Shown one piece after another: positions 1 through 9,026 of a stretch of 64,000 bases of DNA. Within the stretch, counting starts at the first letter, position 1. Every line of letters begins with the position of its first letter. Origin of the DNA: Pseudomonadota bacterium (GTDB lineage Bacteria > Campylobacterota > Campylobacteria > Campylobacterales > Sulfurimonadaceae); contig JAZDQA010000011.1 in assembly GCA_043797085.1 (NCBI GenBank), positions 96,001 through 160,000 of the forward strand. The letters run 5' to 3'. Made by a program: the position numbers and the translations under genes. Below the pieces are notes generated by a model that was given only the letters and a program-made list of their open reading frames with translations, made no database searches and was not told the origin of the DNA.

Positions 1-2
1 TA

Positions 3-1691
3 AAAAATACACTCATGAAAAGTGATGGCACAGTAAGCCCATTTTTTAAATCAATTAGTAATGAGGCAACAAAACTTGGGAATGCATTGCCAGGGACTAC
101 AGCTGACTTCTTCAAAATGGCATCGACGCTCAAATCGCTTGGAGTTGAAGAGAAGAGTATTGTAGGAGGTGCTCTTAAATCAGCAGCATACCTTGGAGCT
201 GTTTTAAAAATACCATACGAAGAAGCTGCTACAGCTACGGCTAAATTTAAAGAAGCAATGGGGATAGCAGATAATGAACTACTCCCATTTATTGATGATA
301 TTCAGCGTCTATCGCACATGGGTGTCCAAGTTGGAGAAATGAGTTTTGCATTCTCGAAGATCGGGGCAACGATGAAAGGTCTTGGCATGAGTGGGCTTAA
401 AGCGGCTCGGGATGTTGAACCCCTAATCGGCATGTTGATCAAGGCAGGATTCTCAGGCGAGACGGTAGGTACAAACCTAGGAAACATTATGAAAGATGCT
501 GTCTCATTTAAAGGTTCAAAAGACCTTGACGCAATGGGAATCAAACTAAATTTCAATGATGCAAACGGTAATTTTAAAGGTACCGAAAATATGATCAAGC
601 AACTCGAGAAACTGAAAGCTATCAAAAGTGATGCTGCACGTTTAAGTGCTGTAGAGTCCATATTTGGAAAAGGTGAAGCCTCTACTATGGTCAACGTTCT
701 AATCAATAAAGGTACATCAGGGCTTGTAGAGTTTAATAAGCAGATGAAAGTTCAGGCGGATATCAATCAACGTGCTGCTGAATCATCAAAAACATTAGGA
801 TCGATGTGGGAGGCAATGACCGGAACCGTAACTAATTTGTTTGCGCTCATAGGTGGGAGTTTATCACCTGAGATGAAATCCCTTACCGAATGGTTTGGGA
901 ACTCTGCCGCAGCTATCAGCAGCTTTGGGGAAAAACACCCCGTAATAACAAAATTTGTAGGAGGAGCAGTTGTAGGACTTACAATCGTTACTGGAGTGCT
1001 TGGTGCTGTAGGTATAGCAGTAGGAGCTCTTACGTTTGCCGTCGGAGCTTTAGGTATAACCAGTATGGCCACATTTGGAATTGTCCTCGGAGCAGCAGCT
1101 TTAATTGGTGGGGCTGCATTTTTGATAATTAGTAATTGGGAACCTATCAAGGGATGGTTTCAAGGTATATTTGAAAATATTAAGACAGCTGCTTCAACAT
1201 CTTGGGAGTATTTAAAAGGGATATTTTCATGGACACCACTAGGGATGGTTATAAATAACTGGACCCCAATAGTATCTACGTTTCAGGCAATTATAGGGGC
1301 AATATCAAAGCCGTTTACAGTTTTCTTTGATTGGATTGAATCGAAATTCAAGGCAGTATCAGAGACTGTAAATAGCGTTGGTTCATTTTTTGGGATGTCT
1401 ACCGGTCAAGCCCCTACTCCAAGAACCGTTAGGATCCCAGCAAACACAACTTCAACTCCAGCAAGTGCTAGAACAGCAGTAGAAAACCGAACAGACAATA
1501 TACAACAAAGGATAGCATCAGTTCCAACTAGATCTCAATCCATGAATAACAATGTAACGGTAAATATATCAAACCCTAGCTTTGCCAATGCAGCACAGGC
1601 TGTTGCTACTCAAAAACAGATCGATGAGCAGGTTCGCAAAGCCCTGGCAAAACAGAAAAATGATAAAGCAGATAGGGGGTATGCGTCATGA
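3..1691 (+). CDS. Phage tail tape measure protein (5' end outside window)
   Basis: Frame open from the window edge; Ala/Gly-rich helical TP901-like core, hydrophobic stretch and W-periodic repeats (NWEPIKGWF, NWTPIVSTF); precedes GpU. Confidence 0.9.
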   Translation, partial: KNTLMKSDGTVSPFFKSISNEATKLGNALPGTTADFFKMASTLKSLGVEEKSIVGGALKSAAYLGAVLKIPYEEAATATAKFKEAMGIADNELLPFIDDIQRLSHMGVQVGEMSFAFSKIGATMKGLGMSGLKAARDVEPLIGMLIKAGFSGETVGTNLGNIMKDAVSFKGSKDLDAMGIKLNFNDANGNFKGTENMIKQLEKLKAIKSDAARLSAVESIFGKGEASTMVNVLINKGTSGLVEFNKQMKVQADINQRAAESSKTLGSMWEAMTGTVTNLFALIGGSLSPEMKSLTEWFGNSAAAISSFGEKHPVITKFVGGAVVGLTIVTGVLGAVGIAVGALTFAVGALGITSMATFGIVLGAAALIGGAAFLIISNWEPIKGWFQGIFENIKTAASTSWEYLKGIFSWTPLGMVINNWTPIVSTFQAIIGAISKPFTVFFDWIESKFKAVSETVNSVGSFFGMSTGQAPTPRTVRIPANTTSTPASARTAVENRTDNIQQRIASVPTRSQSMNNNVTVNISNPSFANAAQAVATQKQIDEQVRKALAKQKNDKADRGYAS

Positions 1692-2071
1692 ACACTGTAA
1701 TGGCAATGATCTCAACGTTCGCGTTTGACTTATCAAGTAGAGACTTTAACCGGCTCGATCGTACACGAAGCTACAACTTTGCAGAAATACAAAAAGCTCA
1801 AGATCACCCAGGCCTACAGTCTATCGGAAAAGATATGGAAGAAATCACAATTAGTGGAAGTCTAACAACGCTTAGATCAGGAATAGATCCTCTCGATGAT
1901 CTCTACACGATAGCAGATCAAAAAGATCCGGTCCCATTTGTAATGGGGTACGGTGTCGTTGTAGGTGATTTCCTAATAACAAAGATCAGTGAGGGCAAAT
2001 CGATCTTCCTGGATGATGGTGTTCACATTCAAATGGAGTTCAGCATCGATCTCAAAAAGGTGTACCTATGA
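1688..2071 (+). CDS. P2 GpU-like phage tail protein
   Basis: 127 aa; LQSIG..EEITISG and FSIDLKK pattern; position after tape measure, ATGA overlap. Confidence 0.85.
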   Translation: MNTVMAMISTFAFDLSSRDFNRLDRTRSYNFAEIQKAQDHPGLQSIGKDMEEITISGSLTTLRSGIDPLDDLYTIADQKDPVPFVMGYGVVVGDFLITKISEGKSIFLDDGVHIQMEFSIDLKKVYL

Positions 2072-2268
2072 AATATGCTATAGCAACTCAGGGTGATCGT
2101 CTCGATCAAATCGTATATCAGTATTATAAAACGCTTGACGTACTAGGCGAGGTAATGATGAGCAACCCTGATCTGCTCAATAAGCCTATCCTCGATGAGG
2201 GTGATCGTGTAGCTCTCCCAGATATAGCTATCGAAGCTCAATCTGAAACTGGGGTGAGTTTATGGTAA
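2068..2268 (+). CDS. Phage tail protein X (LysM-like)
   Basis: QGDRLDQIVYQYY...NPDL...LDEGDRVALP, C-terminal VSLW. Confidence 0.9.
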   Translation: MKYAIATQGDRLDQIVYQYYKTLDVLGEVMMSNPDLLNKPILDEGDRVALPDIAIEAQSETGVSLW

Positions 2269-3206
2269 AGCATCCTGATTTTAAGATCATCGTAAACGAC
2301 AAAGACGTTACCGAAAGCCTGCGACCTTATTTAGTAAGTGTTGAATATACCGACGATATCGATGATGAAGCGGATGGGCTTACTTTGCGATTTCAGGGTG
2401 AGAATTTCAAGCCTCCATCGTTTAATGATTCGCTCAAGGTATGGCTTGGATACCGTGAAGGGCTTTGGTATATCGGTTCATTTTCCGTTTTAAAGTCACG
2501 TATCGAGTTTGAGACGTTGGAAGTAGAAGTCACTGCAACGCCTGTCAATTTTGGAAGCGACATAAAAGAGAAGCGGACCATGTCTTATGACAACGTAACG
2601 CTTGATCAGATTTTAAACAAGATAGCTAAACGGTACAAGCTGTCAGTAAAAAACAGCTTCCCAAAGCGTGCCTACAAACACAAAAGCCAAACCAATCAAA
2701 GCGACTTGGATTTCATGCAGCGGTTGGCGAAAGAGAGCGGTGCAACATTCGCCATCAAAAACAATACGATCATTTTTCGTCCTAAAAATGGGAGTGATGG
2801 TGACAAAGAGCTTCCCTCTGTTTCCATCGATGCAAAGCTGACAAAAGGGTTGTGGTTCGAAACCCTTGATAAAACAGCATACGGATCATGCGTCGCTTCA
2901 TGGCATAGCACGAAAGATAATAAAACCCAGAGCGTTACAGTCGGTAAAGGTAAACCAGTGCTGCACATCAAGAGCACATTCAAAGATGCAAGTGATGCCA
3001 GGATGAAAGCATTAGCCCGATTAGATGAGTCAAAACGCGGGGAAGCACGCGGTGGCTTTGAGGGTGAGGGGATGAATATTGTCGCTGGCTCAAAGGTTCA
3101 ATTATCCAATCTACCTCCTGGATGGCAGTCAGCGTTTGGTATCAAACAAGTACGTCATTCATGGGGAGATAGTGGATACACGGTAAACGTTGAGTTTGAA
3201 AGTTAG
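2262..3206 (+). CDS. Phage late control D / baseplate hub (GpD-like)
   Basis: YTD..D.EADGL, WLGY, QTNQSDLDFMQRLA motifs. Confidence 0.88.
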   Translation: MVKHPDFKIIVNDKDVTESLRPYLVSVEYTDDIDDEADGLTLRFQGENFKPPSFNDSLKVWLGYREGLWYIGSFSVLKSRIEFETLEVEVTATPVNFGSDIKEKRTMSYDNVTLDQILNKIAKRYKLSVKNSFPKRAYKHKSQTNQSDLDFMQRLAKESGATFAIKNNTIIFRPKNGSDGDKELPSVSIDAKLTKGLWFETLDKTAYGSCVASWHSTKDNKTQSVTVGKGKPVLHIKSTFKDASDARMKALARLDESKRGEARGGFEGEGMNIVAGSKVQLSNLPPGWQSAFGIKQVRHSWGDSGYTVNVEFES

Positions 3207-3215
3207 GAGGTGTTG

Positions 3216-3497
3216 ATGTCAAAAGATTACTGCTCATGGTTCCCGGAGAGAATATGTGGTACTGATATATCCAAGTGCTGTAAGAAGCACGACAATGACT
3301 GCGGCATGGCTGGATCATTTAATTTTGTGAAACATCAGATTGACTTCTATCGATGCCTAAGTTTAAAAGTATGTGTTTTATGGGCGGTATTGATCACCTC
3401 GGGAGGGACACTGTTTTGTCTCATAAAAAGCCCTTGGTTGATCTACAAAAAGATCAAATATCGAATCACTGTAGATCGTGATTCAGTTAGAAATTAA
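3216..3497 (+). CDS. Small phage protein with PLA2-like CCxxHDxxC motif
   Basis: AGGAGG RBS; CCKKHDNDC; C-terminal hydrophobic segment. Confidence 0.55.
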   Translation: MSKDYCSWFPERICGTDISKCCKKHDNDCGMAGSFNFVKHQIDFYRCLSLKVCVLWAVLITSGGTLFCLIKSPWLIYKKIKYRITVDRDSVRN

Positions 3498-3507
3498 AGG
3501 ATAAACA

Positions 3508-3804
3508 GTGAAAGCATTATTTCTTATGATACTGCTCAGTATAGCATGCATAGCTATTGAAGAGGACAAAGTAAAACACTTCGCAGGTTCTATGGCCATT
3601 GCAAGCGTAGGAAGTGGATTAGCTAAGCACTATGGATCAAGCCCAGTAGAAGCTTGGTTTATTGGGTTTGGTACATCTATTATCGTAGGTATCGCTAAAG
3701 AGCGTATAGACGGAAGTGGATATGGCAGTGAGGACATCCATGATGTCTACGCAGATACATTAGGTGCCTCCATAGGAGCAACCTTATTCTCATTGGAGTT
3801 CTGA
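3508..3804 (+). CDS. Small membrane protein, YfiM/VanZ-like
   Basis: DKVKHF...GIAKE..D...D..AD.LG pattern; AAGGA RBS. Confidence 0.65.
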   Translation: MKALFLMILLSIACIAIEEDKVKHFAGSMAIASVGSGLAKHYGSSPVEAWFIGFGTSIIVGIAKERIDGSGYGSEDIHDVYADTLGASIGATLFSLEF

Positions 3805-3805
3805 A

Positions 3806-4066
3806 ATGAAAAAAGTAATGTTGGTTGTAATGTTAATGATGATGGTAGTAATGAGTGGGTGTACTCCCGCAACGGTTGATTTTATGGAGTCAATGCAAGT
3901 TGATGGACAGCATCAGAAAGCCTTGGAATTCTTGGGTGATGATAAGGGTACACTTGTTTATAAGGCAACTCCTAAAGCTAAAGAGTGCCTACGAGCAAAG
4001 ATGGTCGAGCGTGGGTATTATCTTGTACAGGATGATATTGATTGTTTTGATAATGAGGTTCGGTGA
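3806..4066 (+). CDS. Phage lipoprotein, unknown function
   Basis: Signal peptide with lipobox VMSGC. Confidence 0.65.
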   Translation: MKKVMLVVMLMMMVVMSGCTPATVDFMESMQVDGQHQKALEFLGDDKGTLVYKATPKAKECLRAKMVERGYYLVQDDIDCFDNEVR

Positions 4067-4353
4067 TGGACTGGCAATGGATAGCTAATGGCGCTTTTGT
4101 AATTTTAGGTATTGTGGGTACTGCACTTTATAACTCACTTAAAAATAATATGGATAACTCATTTAAATCAGTTAATGAAAGTATCCATGAAATAGAGCTT
4201 GATGCTTCAAAGTTGACAGAGAAAGTCCAAGCAGTTGAACTTTTAGTAGCTGGAAATTATGTGATGAAATCTGAATTTGAAGCAAAGATGGACGCAATGC
4301 TTAAAAAGCTTGACAAGATTTTTGACAAGCTGGATGGAAAGGCAGATAAATAA
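4063..4353 (+). CDS. Phage membrane protein (1 TM + coiled coil), holin/antiholin candidate
   Basis: N-terminal TM then amphipathic helix; lies in the lysis module. Confidence 0.6.
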   Translation: MMDWQWIANGAFVILGIVGTALYNSLKNNMDNSFKSVNESIHEIELDASKLTEKVQAVELLVAGNYVMKSEFEAKMDAMLKKLDKIFDKLDGKADK

Positions 4354-4523
4354 TGGAAGAATATAAAGGTATTAACCGCGATCAGTTCCCAGCTTGGCAG
4401 GGATGGAAGATTGTCGATGACTATAAAAGACTTGATGCAGATGCTTACGTCATAGTAAACCTTTGTGAAAACAATGGCCAGCTTCAGCAGCTGGTAGCTC
4501 AATTTTACGAAGGAGGTAAATAA
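4353..4523 (+). CDS. Unannotated 56-aa protein resembling an internal segment of the adjacent endolysin
   Basis: Translated by hand: MEEYKGINRDQFPAWQGWKIVDDYKRLDADAYVIVNLCENNGQLQQLVAQFYEGGK; TAATG stop/start overlaps at both ends. Confidence 0.75.
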   Translation: MEEYKGINRDQFPAWQGWKIVDDYKRLDADAYVIVNLCENNGQLQQLVAQFYEGGK

Positions 4524-5089
4524 TGGCACAGTTTGAAGTCGCACATGCAAGAACATCGTCAAATGAGGGAGGATATGCGAATAACATCAAAGACCGAGGT
4601 GGTGAAACCTTTCATGGAATTGCTCGAAAATACTGGCCAAAATGGACGGGGTGGGTACTAATCGATGCTCAAAGATCAAAATTTCCAAAAGAGATTCATA
4701 GCTCTAAAAACTGGAAACACGTTGACAAAATACTCAATGAGATACCACGCTTAAAAGAGCTTGTACGATCATTCTATAAAGCCAACTTTTGGGATGACAT
4801 CGAGGGAGATCGTATCAATTCTCAAGAAGTAGCCAATACTCTCTATGACTGGGCGGTAAACAGCGGCGAAGGTTCACCAGCAAAAGCGATTCAACGGATT
4901 ATCGGTGCGACAGCTGATGGTGATATCGGTCCTGCAACTGCCTTGAAGATTAATACTTATCCGGATCAGTTATCTTTACCAGGTATGTTGAGAGAAAAAC
5001 GGGTACAGCTTGTTAGAGATATTGTTAAAAATGATCCAAGCCAAATCGTGTTTTTGAAGAACTGGGTTGAAAGGGCAAAGTATGCTTAA
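4523..5089 (+). CDS. Endolysin, glycoside hydrolase family 108 with peptidoglycan-binding C-terminus
   Basis: EGGY..N..DRGGET..GI motif; DWAVNSG; ADGDIGPAT; FLKNWVER. Confidence 0.92.
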   Translation: MAQFEVAHARTSSNEGGYANNIKDRGGETFHGIARKYWPKWTGWVLIDAQRSKFPKEIHSSKNWKHVDKILNEIPRLKELVRSFYKANFWDDIEGDRINSQEVANTLYDWAVNSGEGSPAKAIQRIIGATADGDIGPATALKINTYPDQLSLPGMLREKRVQLVRDIVKNDPSQIVFLKNWVERAKYA

Positions 5090-5327
5090 AAATACCATGT
5101 ACGAAATATTTTCACCGGATGGTAAATTATCATCTTCACGCATAGGATTTTTTATTGCATTGATAGCTGTCATCATTTTTGCCGGCTATGATACATGGAT
5201 CAATAAGCGTCTTGATATTGGTTTAGCTGGGTTAATACTTACAGCTGGAACAACTGGATACGGTATCCATAGGACTACTGAAAAAGGTGAAAAAACAGAA
5301 ATAACACCATCGGGAGGCGGGCAATGA
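5067..5327 (+). CDS. Putative holin (2 TM)
   Basis: DGKLSSSRI followed by two TM helices and a charged tail; directly after the endolysin. Confidence 0.7.
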   Translation: MKGQSMLKNTMYEIFSPDGKLSSSRIGFFIALIAVIIFAGYDTWINKRLDIGLAGLILTAGTTGYGIHRTTEKGEKTEITPSGGGQ

Positions 5328-5689
5328 CTGCTTTATTCTTAAAAGAGTTTTGGCGTGAAATTATCATAGTTATTATGGGTATTACTTTATTCTCAGTATG
5401 GTCCATCTATTCTAATCGTGTTGAGGAACGCGATAATACTATCACGAAAATGACTGTCGAGGCAAAACTTGGAGAGATCCAACAGGATGCATTACGTAAA
5501 GCAATTATAGATCAAAGTGATGCCGTAGAAAAACAGCGCATCGATGCTGAAAAACGTGCTGCTAAATTTAAAGCGGAATCAAAGCGGATCTGGTTGGACT
5601 TTGAGCGTACTAAATTAGACGTGCAAAATCTATCCGGGGATGCAGAGTGTGAAGCTATGCGTAATATTGTAAGGGAGGCAGTGCAATGA
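5324..5689 (+). CDS. Putative i-spanin (Rz-like)
   Basis: N-terminal TM, long coiled coil, C-terminal Cys. Confidence 0.65.
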   Translation: MTALFLKEFWREIIIVIMGITLFSVWSIYSNRVEERDNTITKMTVEAKLGEIQQDALRKAIIDQSDAVEKQRIDAEKRAAKFKAESKRIWLDFERTKLDVQNLSGDAECEAMRNIVREAVQ

Positions 5690-5910
5690 AGATTATAATT
5701 TTGTTGCCGACATTGATGTCGGTCGCACTTTTAACTGGGTGTGTTGGGAAAACTGTATATGTAGATCGTATCGTTGAAGTGAAAGTTCCAGTGCCGTGCA
5801 AGATGAAGGAAGTTAAGCCGGCCATACCAGGTGCGAATGATGCGGTGACGACAGCTGATATTGTGAGAGAACGGGATGAGTTGAGAAAATCTAATAATGG
5901 GTGTCAGTAA
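5686..5910 (+). CDS. Putative o-spanin lipoprotein (Rz1-like)
   Basis: Lipobox LLTGC; VEVKVPVPC Pro-rich motif; follows the i-spanin. Confidence 0.75.
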   Translation: MKIIILLPTLMSVALLTGCVGKTVYVDRIVEVKVPVPCKMKEVKPAIPGANDAVTTADIVRERDELRKSNNGCQ

Positions 5911-6969
5911 TCACTTACTGATATCATCCATCATATTAGAGGCTATCCTTGAGCCTTTCATGTAATTCATCGTTAGATACTTATTGATCGTTGTAGCATC
6001 ATTGTGACCTAGAGCACCGCTCATATGTATCGCATCAACTCCATTCTCAGCCATTGCTGAAACCATAATATTTCTAAGGTAATGTAGTGAGAACCAATCC
6101 CCTATGCTTTTTCTAATCATCAAAACTTGTTTATACCCACCGGTGATCTTTCCACCTGTTCTAGGAGATGTGAATACATATCCTTTTTTAGGCATGAACT
6201 CCATAAGGGCGATTTTAACATTAGGCGGTAAGAATATCTTTTGCTCTTCCCCATTCTTAGTATCCCTGAGAATGTACATGTCATGTGCTAGATCTACATC
6301 TTCAACTCTTAGGTTTATTATTTCTCCTCTACGACGTCCTTGAATTGCTAGAAGGAAAAATGCTCTAAAAAACGGGTCTTTTTCGTATCGCTCCATGATA
6401 TGATTATAAGCAATTTTCAACCGCTCAGAAGCATTTGCTACAATCTTCTTAGTCTTTGTATATTTAATCTTAACATCTTCACATGGGTTATGATACATGA
6501 TCCTATTTGCCCTGGCTATACGAAATGCAGGTGATAGTATCTCGATCGCCTGCTTAGCTGTACGTGCAGCATATCCACTTTTTATGAGGGCATCAACCAG
6601 GGACTGAATATGATCCGGCATAATTGATGATATTTTCTTATTTCCAAGTTTTGTTTTAACGTTACGATCATAGAATGATTTACGATCACGTTTGTACTCA
6701 CCCTCATCAAGTGTCGATAAATATTTATCAACCATATAATTAACGGTGGCATCTGAGCTTATTCCCTGCTCAACTTTTTCCTTGATAGATAGGAATTCTT
6801 TTTTGGCAACCATTAAACGATCGCGTTTTGATAGGTCCTTATTGGATAGATCTATGATCCCTCGATGCTGTTTTTTTTCAAACTCAAATCGATACCAAAA
6901 ACGATCATAGCTATCATTGGCTTTTAGGTTTTGCATTACAAGATTATTGAACTGTTCTTTAGGTGGCAT
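5911..6969 (-). CDS. int: Prophage tyrosine integrase
   Basis: GRRRGE, HYLR, LGH and KY catalytic motifs; adjacent to the tRNA-derived att. Confidence 0.93.
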   Translation of the reverse strand: MPPKEQFNNLVMQNLKANDSYDRFWYRFEFEKKQHRGIIDLSNKDLSKRDRLMVAKKEFLSIKEKVEQGISSDATVNYMVDKYLSTLDEGEYKRDRKSFYDRNVKTKLGNKKISSIMPDHIQSLVDALIKSGYAARTAKQAIEILSPAFRIARANRIMYHNPCEDVKIKYTKTKKIVANASERLKIAYNHIMERYEKDPFFRAFFLLAIQGRRRGEIINLRVEDVDLAHDMYILRDTKNGEEQKIFLPPNVKIALMEFMPKKGYVFTSPRTGGKITGGYKQVLMIRKSIGDWFSLHYLRNIMVSAMAENGVDAIHMSGALGHNDATTINKYLTMNYMKGSRIASNMMDDISK

Positions 6970-6982
6970 ATTGTATCTTTCG

Positions 6983-7006
6983 GGTGACGGCTTTGGTGAC
7001 GGCTTT
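6983..7006 (+). repeat. Tandem 12-bp repeat GGTGACGGCTTT x2, putative arm-type integrase binding sites (prophage)
   Basis: Exact tandem repeat between the integrase start and the att core. Confidence 0.7.
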
Positions 7007-7110
7007 CGAATGAATGATACTATAATTTTAGTGAATATGGGTGAAAGTAGGCAAGGTTTTAAGGGCGTGTGGTGAGGGATAGTGAGGAATGATTATGGAA
7101 GATAAAGCGA

Positions 7111-7155
7111 CTCATAACGGAGTTGTCGCAGGTTCAAATCCTGCTTGACCCACCA
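7111..7155 (+). repeat. att core 1: 3' half of a tRNA with CAT anticodon (Met or Ile2), not an intact tRNA
   Basis: CTCATAA loop, T-arm GCAGG-TTCAAAT-CCTGC, ends ACCA; no 5' half upstream; identical to 32977-33021. Confidence 0.93.
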
Positions 7156-7223
7156 CCTTCAAACCTCACAATCACCGAAACTTCAAGCCTTTTTTGAATC
7201 ATAATAATAATTGTATTTTTATA

Positions 7224-7245
7224 TTGGGTACCGCTTTGGGTACCG
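7224..7245 (+). repeat. TTGGGTACCG x2 (12-bp period), putative arm-type sites at the island's left end
   Basis: The same doublet occurs at 32847-32868. Confidence 0.75.
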
Positions 7246-7473
7246 TTTAAGTTATTGACTTTTGTTGCTCTGGTGCAATTTGCTTATTCTTAATTCTATC
7301 AAATTATTTAGTTTTTTAATGCGGATAGTGTTCAATTTATTGATACTGGAGTTCAAAAGAAGGTATACATTGAAGAAAGTTACTTATATTTTGAATTTTT
7401 CTATTTGATTCGATATTGCAGAACTTTCTTGATCATTTCGCTTATGAGCTGTAGAGAGTTGGCTATTGTTACT

Positions 7474-7512
7474 GAATAACTGATTTTATCATATTCGTAA
7501 AATCAGTTATTC
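7474..7512. terminator. 15-bp perfect inverted repeat at the end of the xis-like gene (terminator or protein-binding site)
   Basis: GAATAACTGATTTTA-9 nt-TAAAATCAGTTATTC. Confidence 0.45.
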
Positions 7513-7701
7513 CAATATACCATCAGCTTCAAATGTGTGTTTTTCTATCCATGCGTTTATCTTACTTCTACTGTAAAAAACAAATCCTCCAATCTTTGAG
7601 TACGGTATCATCTTTAGCTGTCTGTACTTCGCTTGAGTACTCACTGCAATCCCAAACTCTTCCAACAATGTTTTAGTATTTAACCATTCGTTGCTACTCA
7701 T
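7507..7701 (-). CDS. Excisionase/AlpA-like HTH protein
   Basis: WLNTK...FGIAVST....R....IPYSKIGG.VFY....I..WI. Confidence 0.85.
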   Translation of the reverse strand: MSSNEWLNTKTLLEEFGIAVSTQAKYRQLKMIPYSKIGGFVFYSRSKINAWIEKHTFEADGILE

Positions 7702-7735
7702 AAGTAAAACCCTCTTTTCAAATTATCCAGGAGTG

Positions 7736-8398
7736 TCATCGATATAGTCCCCTTTCGTCATCGTCGCCATTTTGATTTTTTTGTAACTCTTTATGTTTGC
7801 GGCACCATGATGAAAAAGCGCTGAGCCAATTAACCCAAGCCCCTCCAATCATAGAGTTATGTTCAATAAACTTCTCATATTCCAGTCTTCCATTGACAAC
7901 ACCTAGGCGTTGTGCAGCCTCCAAACATGCGGTATAAAGATCATGCTCAATATACCCAGCCGGCAAATCTACAAGGGCTGTTTTTTTTGTGAACTGGAAT
8001 TTATGAGGTTTTTTATCTTTTGGTGCTGTTAATTTAGGCGGTTTTGATTCGCCGTCATTTGCGTTTTTCTTTATTTCGGGTTTGCGCTTCCAACTTATCC
8101 CTTTTTCTGTTAGGCAGTAAGCAGGGGTGGTGTTTTTGTTGATACATTTGATGATACCCTTATCCTCAAGTTCTTTTATGGAGCGTGATATGGTCGATAC
8201 GCTTCCAAGAAACGGTAATTCTGCAAGTATTTTTTCCCGATAGAGAAGGTAGTAAATATTATCATCATTGACATCGTTAGATTTATGACGAGTAGCCCAG
8301 CTCTCTAAATCAGCAAAGACACCCATAACAGGGATTGTCCTTAGTCGTAATTTCCACTCATTTACCTTTTGTAAATTTATACACATTGCAAATGTCAT
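7736..8398 (-). CDS. Phage-type replication initiator (N-terminal wHTH, DnaT-like C-terminus)
   Basis: KILAELPFL...TISRSIKELEDKGII...LTEKG wHTH; C-terminal KFIEH...W.SAFSSW. Confidence 0.7.
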   Translation of the reverse strand: MTFAMCINLQKVNEWKLRLRTIPVMGVFADLESWATRHKSNDVNDDNIYYLLYREKILAELPFLGSVSTISRSIKELEDKGIIKCINKNTTPAYCLTEKGISWKRKPEIKKNANDGESKPPKLTAPKDKKPHKFQFTKKTALVDLPAGYIEHDLYTACLEAAQRLGVVNGRLEYEKFIEHNSMIGGAWVNWLSAFSSWCRKHKELQKNQNGDDDERGLYR

Positions 8399-8609
8399 AG
8401 TAAGCTTACCTCCGTTTTTATTTTATTGCTACTGTTGTAATATGCTGCATTTGTTCATTTAAGAAACTTATCGATCTATTTTCTAAACAAGTGAATGTAT
8501 TCTTCTTGCTTTAATCTCACGAATAATAGTTTTAAAATGCTATAATTAAACACTAGCTAAGCTAATTGTAGTGCAATATAGAACTTAAAGTCAATAGTCA
8601 AGGTGCAAA

Positions 8610-9026
8610 ATGAGTAATTATAAAGAAATAATGGATAGATTGAAACTTTATTATGGTGTTAAAACGTATAAGGAAGTGGCTAAAAAGCTTGCTATAAGCT
8701 ATGATACTGTGAAATCTTGGGGAAATAGAGATAAAGTCGTGATTGAGACTTTGCTTGAATGTATGCAACATGAACCTGTAAGCGTAGATTGGCTTTTAAG
8801 GGGAATCGGTAAAATGCATATTAAATCTATCGAAGCGCAAATTCAAGAGATGAACGATGAGAATAATATGATGCTAAGTCCTGAAGAGGATGGGCATTTA
8901 AGAAAAATAAGTGAAGATCTAAATAATATAAATTATATCAGAGAGCTGTTGCAGTATGCACCCAAACCATTTATTGAGCAATTAATCACTCGACTCGAAG
9001 AGTTCAAAAAGCTCTCAGAACTCTAA
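8610..9026 (+). CDS. CI-like HTH repressor
   Basis: EVAKKLAISYDTVKSW..R and VSVDWLL.G.G; divergent from the rep/xis genes. Confidence 0.85.
   Translation: MSNYKEIMDRLKLYYGVKTYKEVAKKLAISYDTVKSWGNRDKVVIETLLECMQHEPVSVDWLLRGIGKMHIKSIEAQIQEMNDENNMMLSPEEDGHLRKISEDLNNINYIRELLQYAPKPFIEQLITRLEEFKKLSEL

Larger units (their letters stand above)
1..7155. mobile_element. Right end of a prophage (P2/Mu-like tail genes, lysis module, tyrosine integrase) ending at a tRNA-derived att site
   Basis: Contiguous + strand tail and lysis genes, a convergent integrase, then a tRNA 3' fragment at 7111-7155; the left end lies outside the window. Confidence 0.9.

Noticed and set aside
302..1150. Antisense and alternative-frame ORFs inside long genes (here and throughout, e.g. 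20866-21360, 57892-58587)
   Set aside because: Shadow frames of well-supported genes
4257..4562. 101-aa minus-strand ORF in the lysis module
   Set aside because: It overlaps three coupled + strand genes; the 56-aa + strand ORF explains the gap better
7080..7155. Intact tRNA gene (also at 32945-33021)
   Set aside because: Neither copy has the 5' acceptor strand (expected GGGTCAA) or a D-arm; both are att fragments
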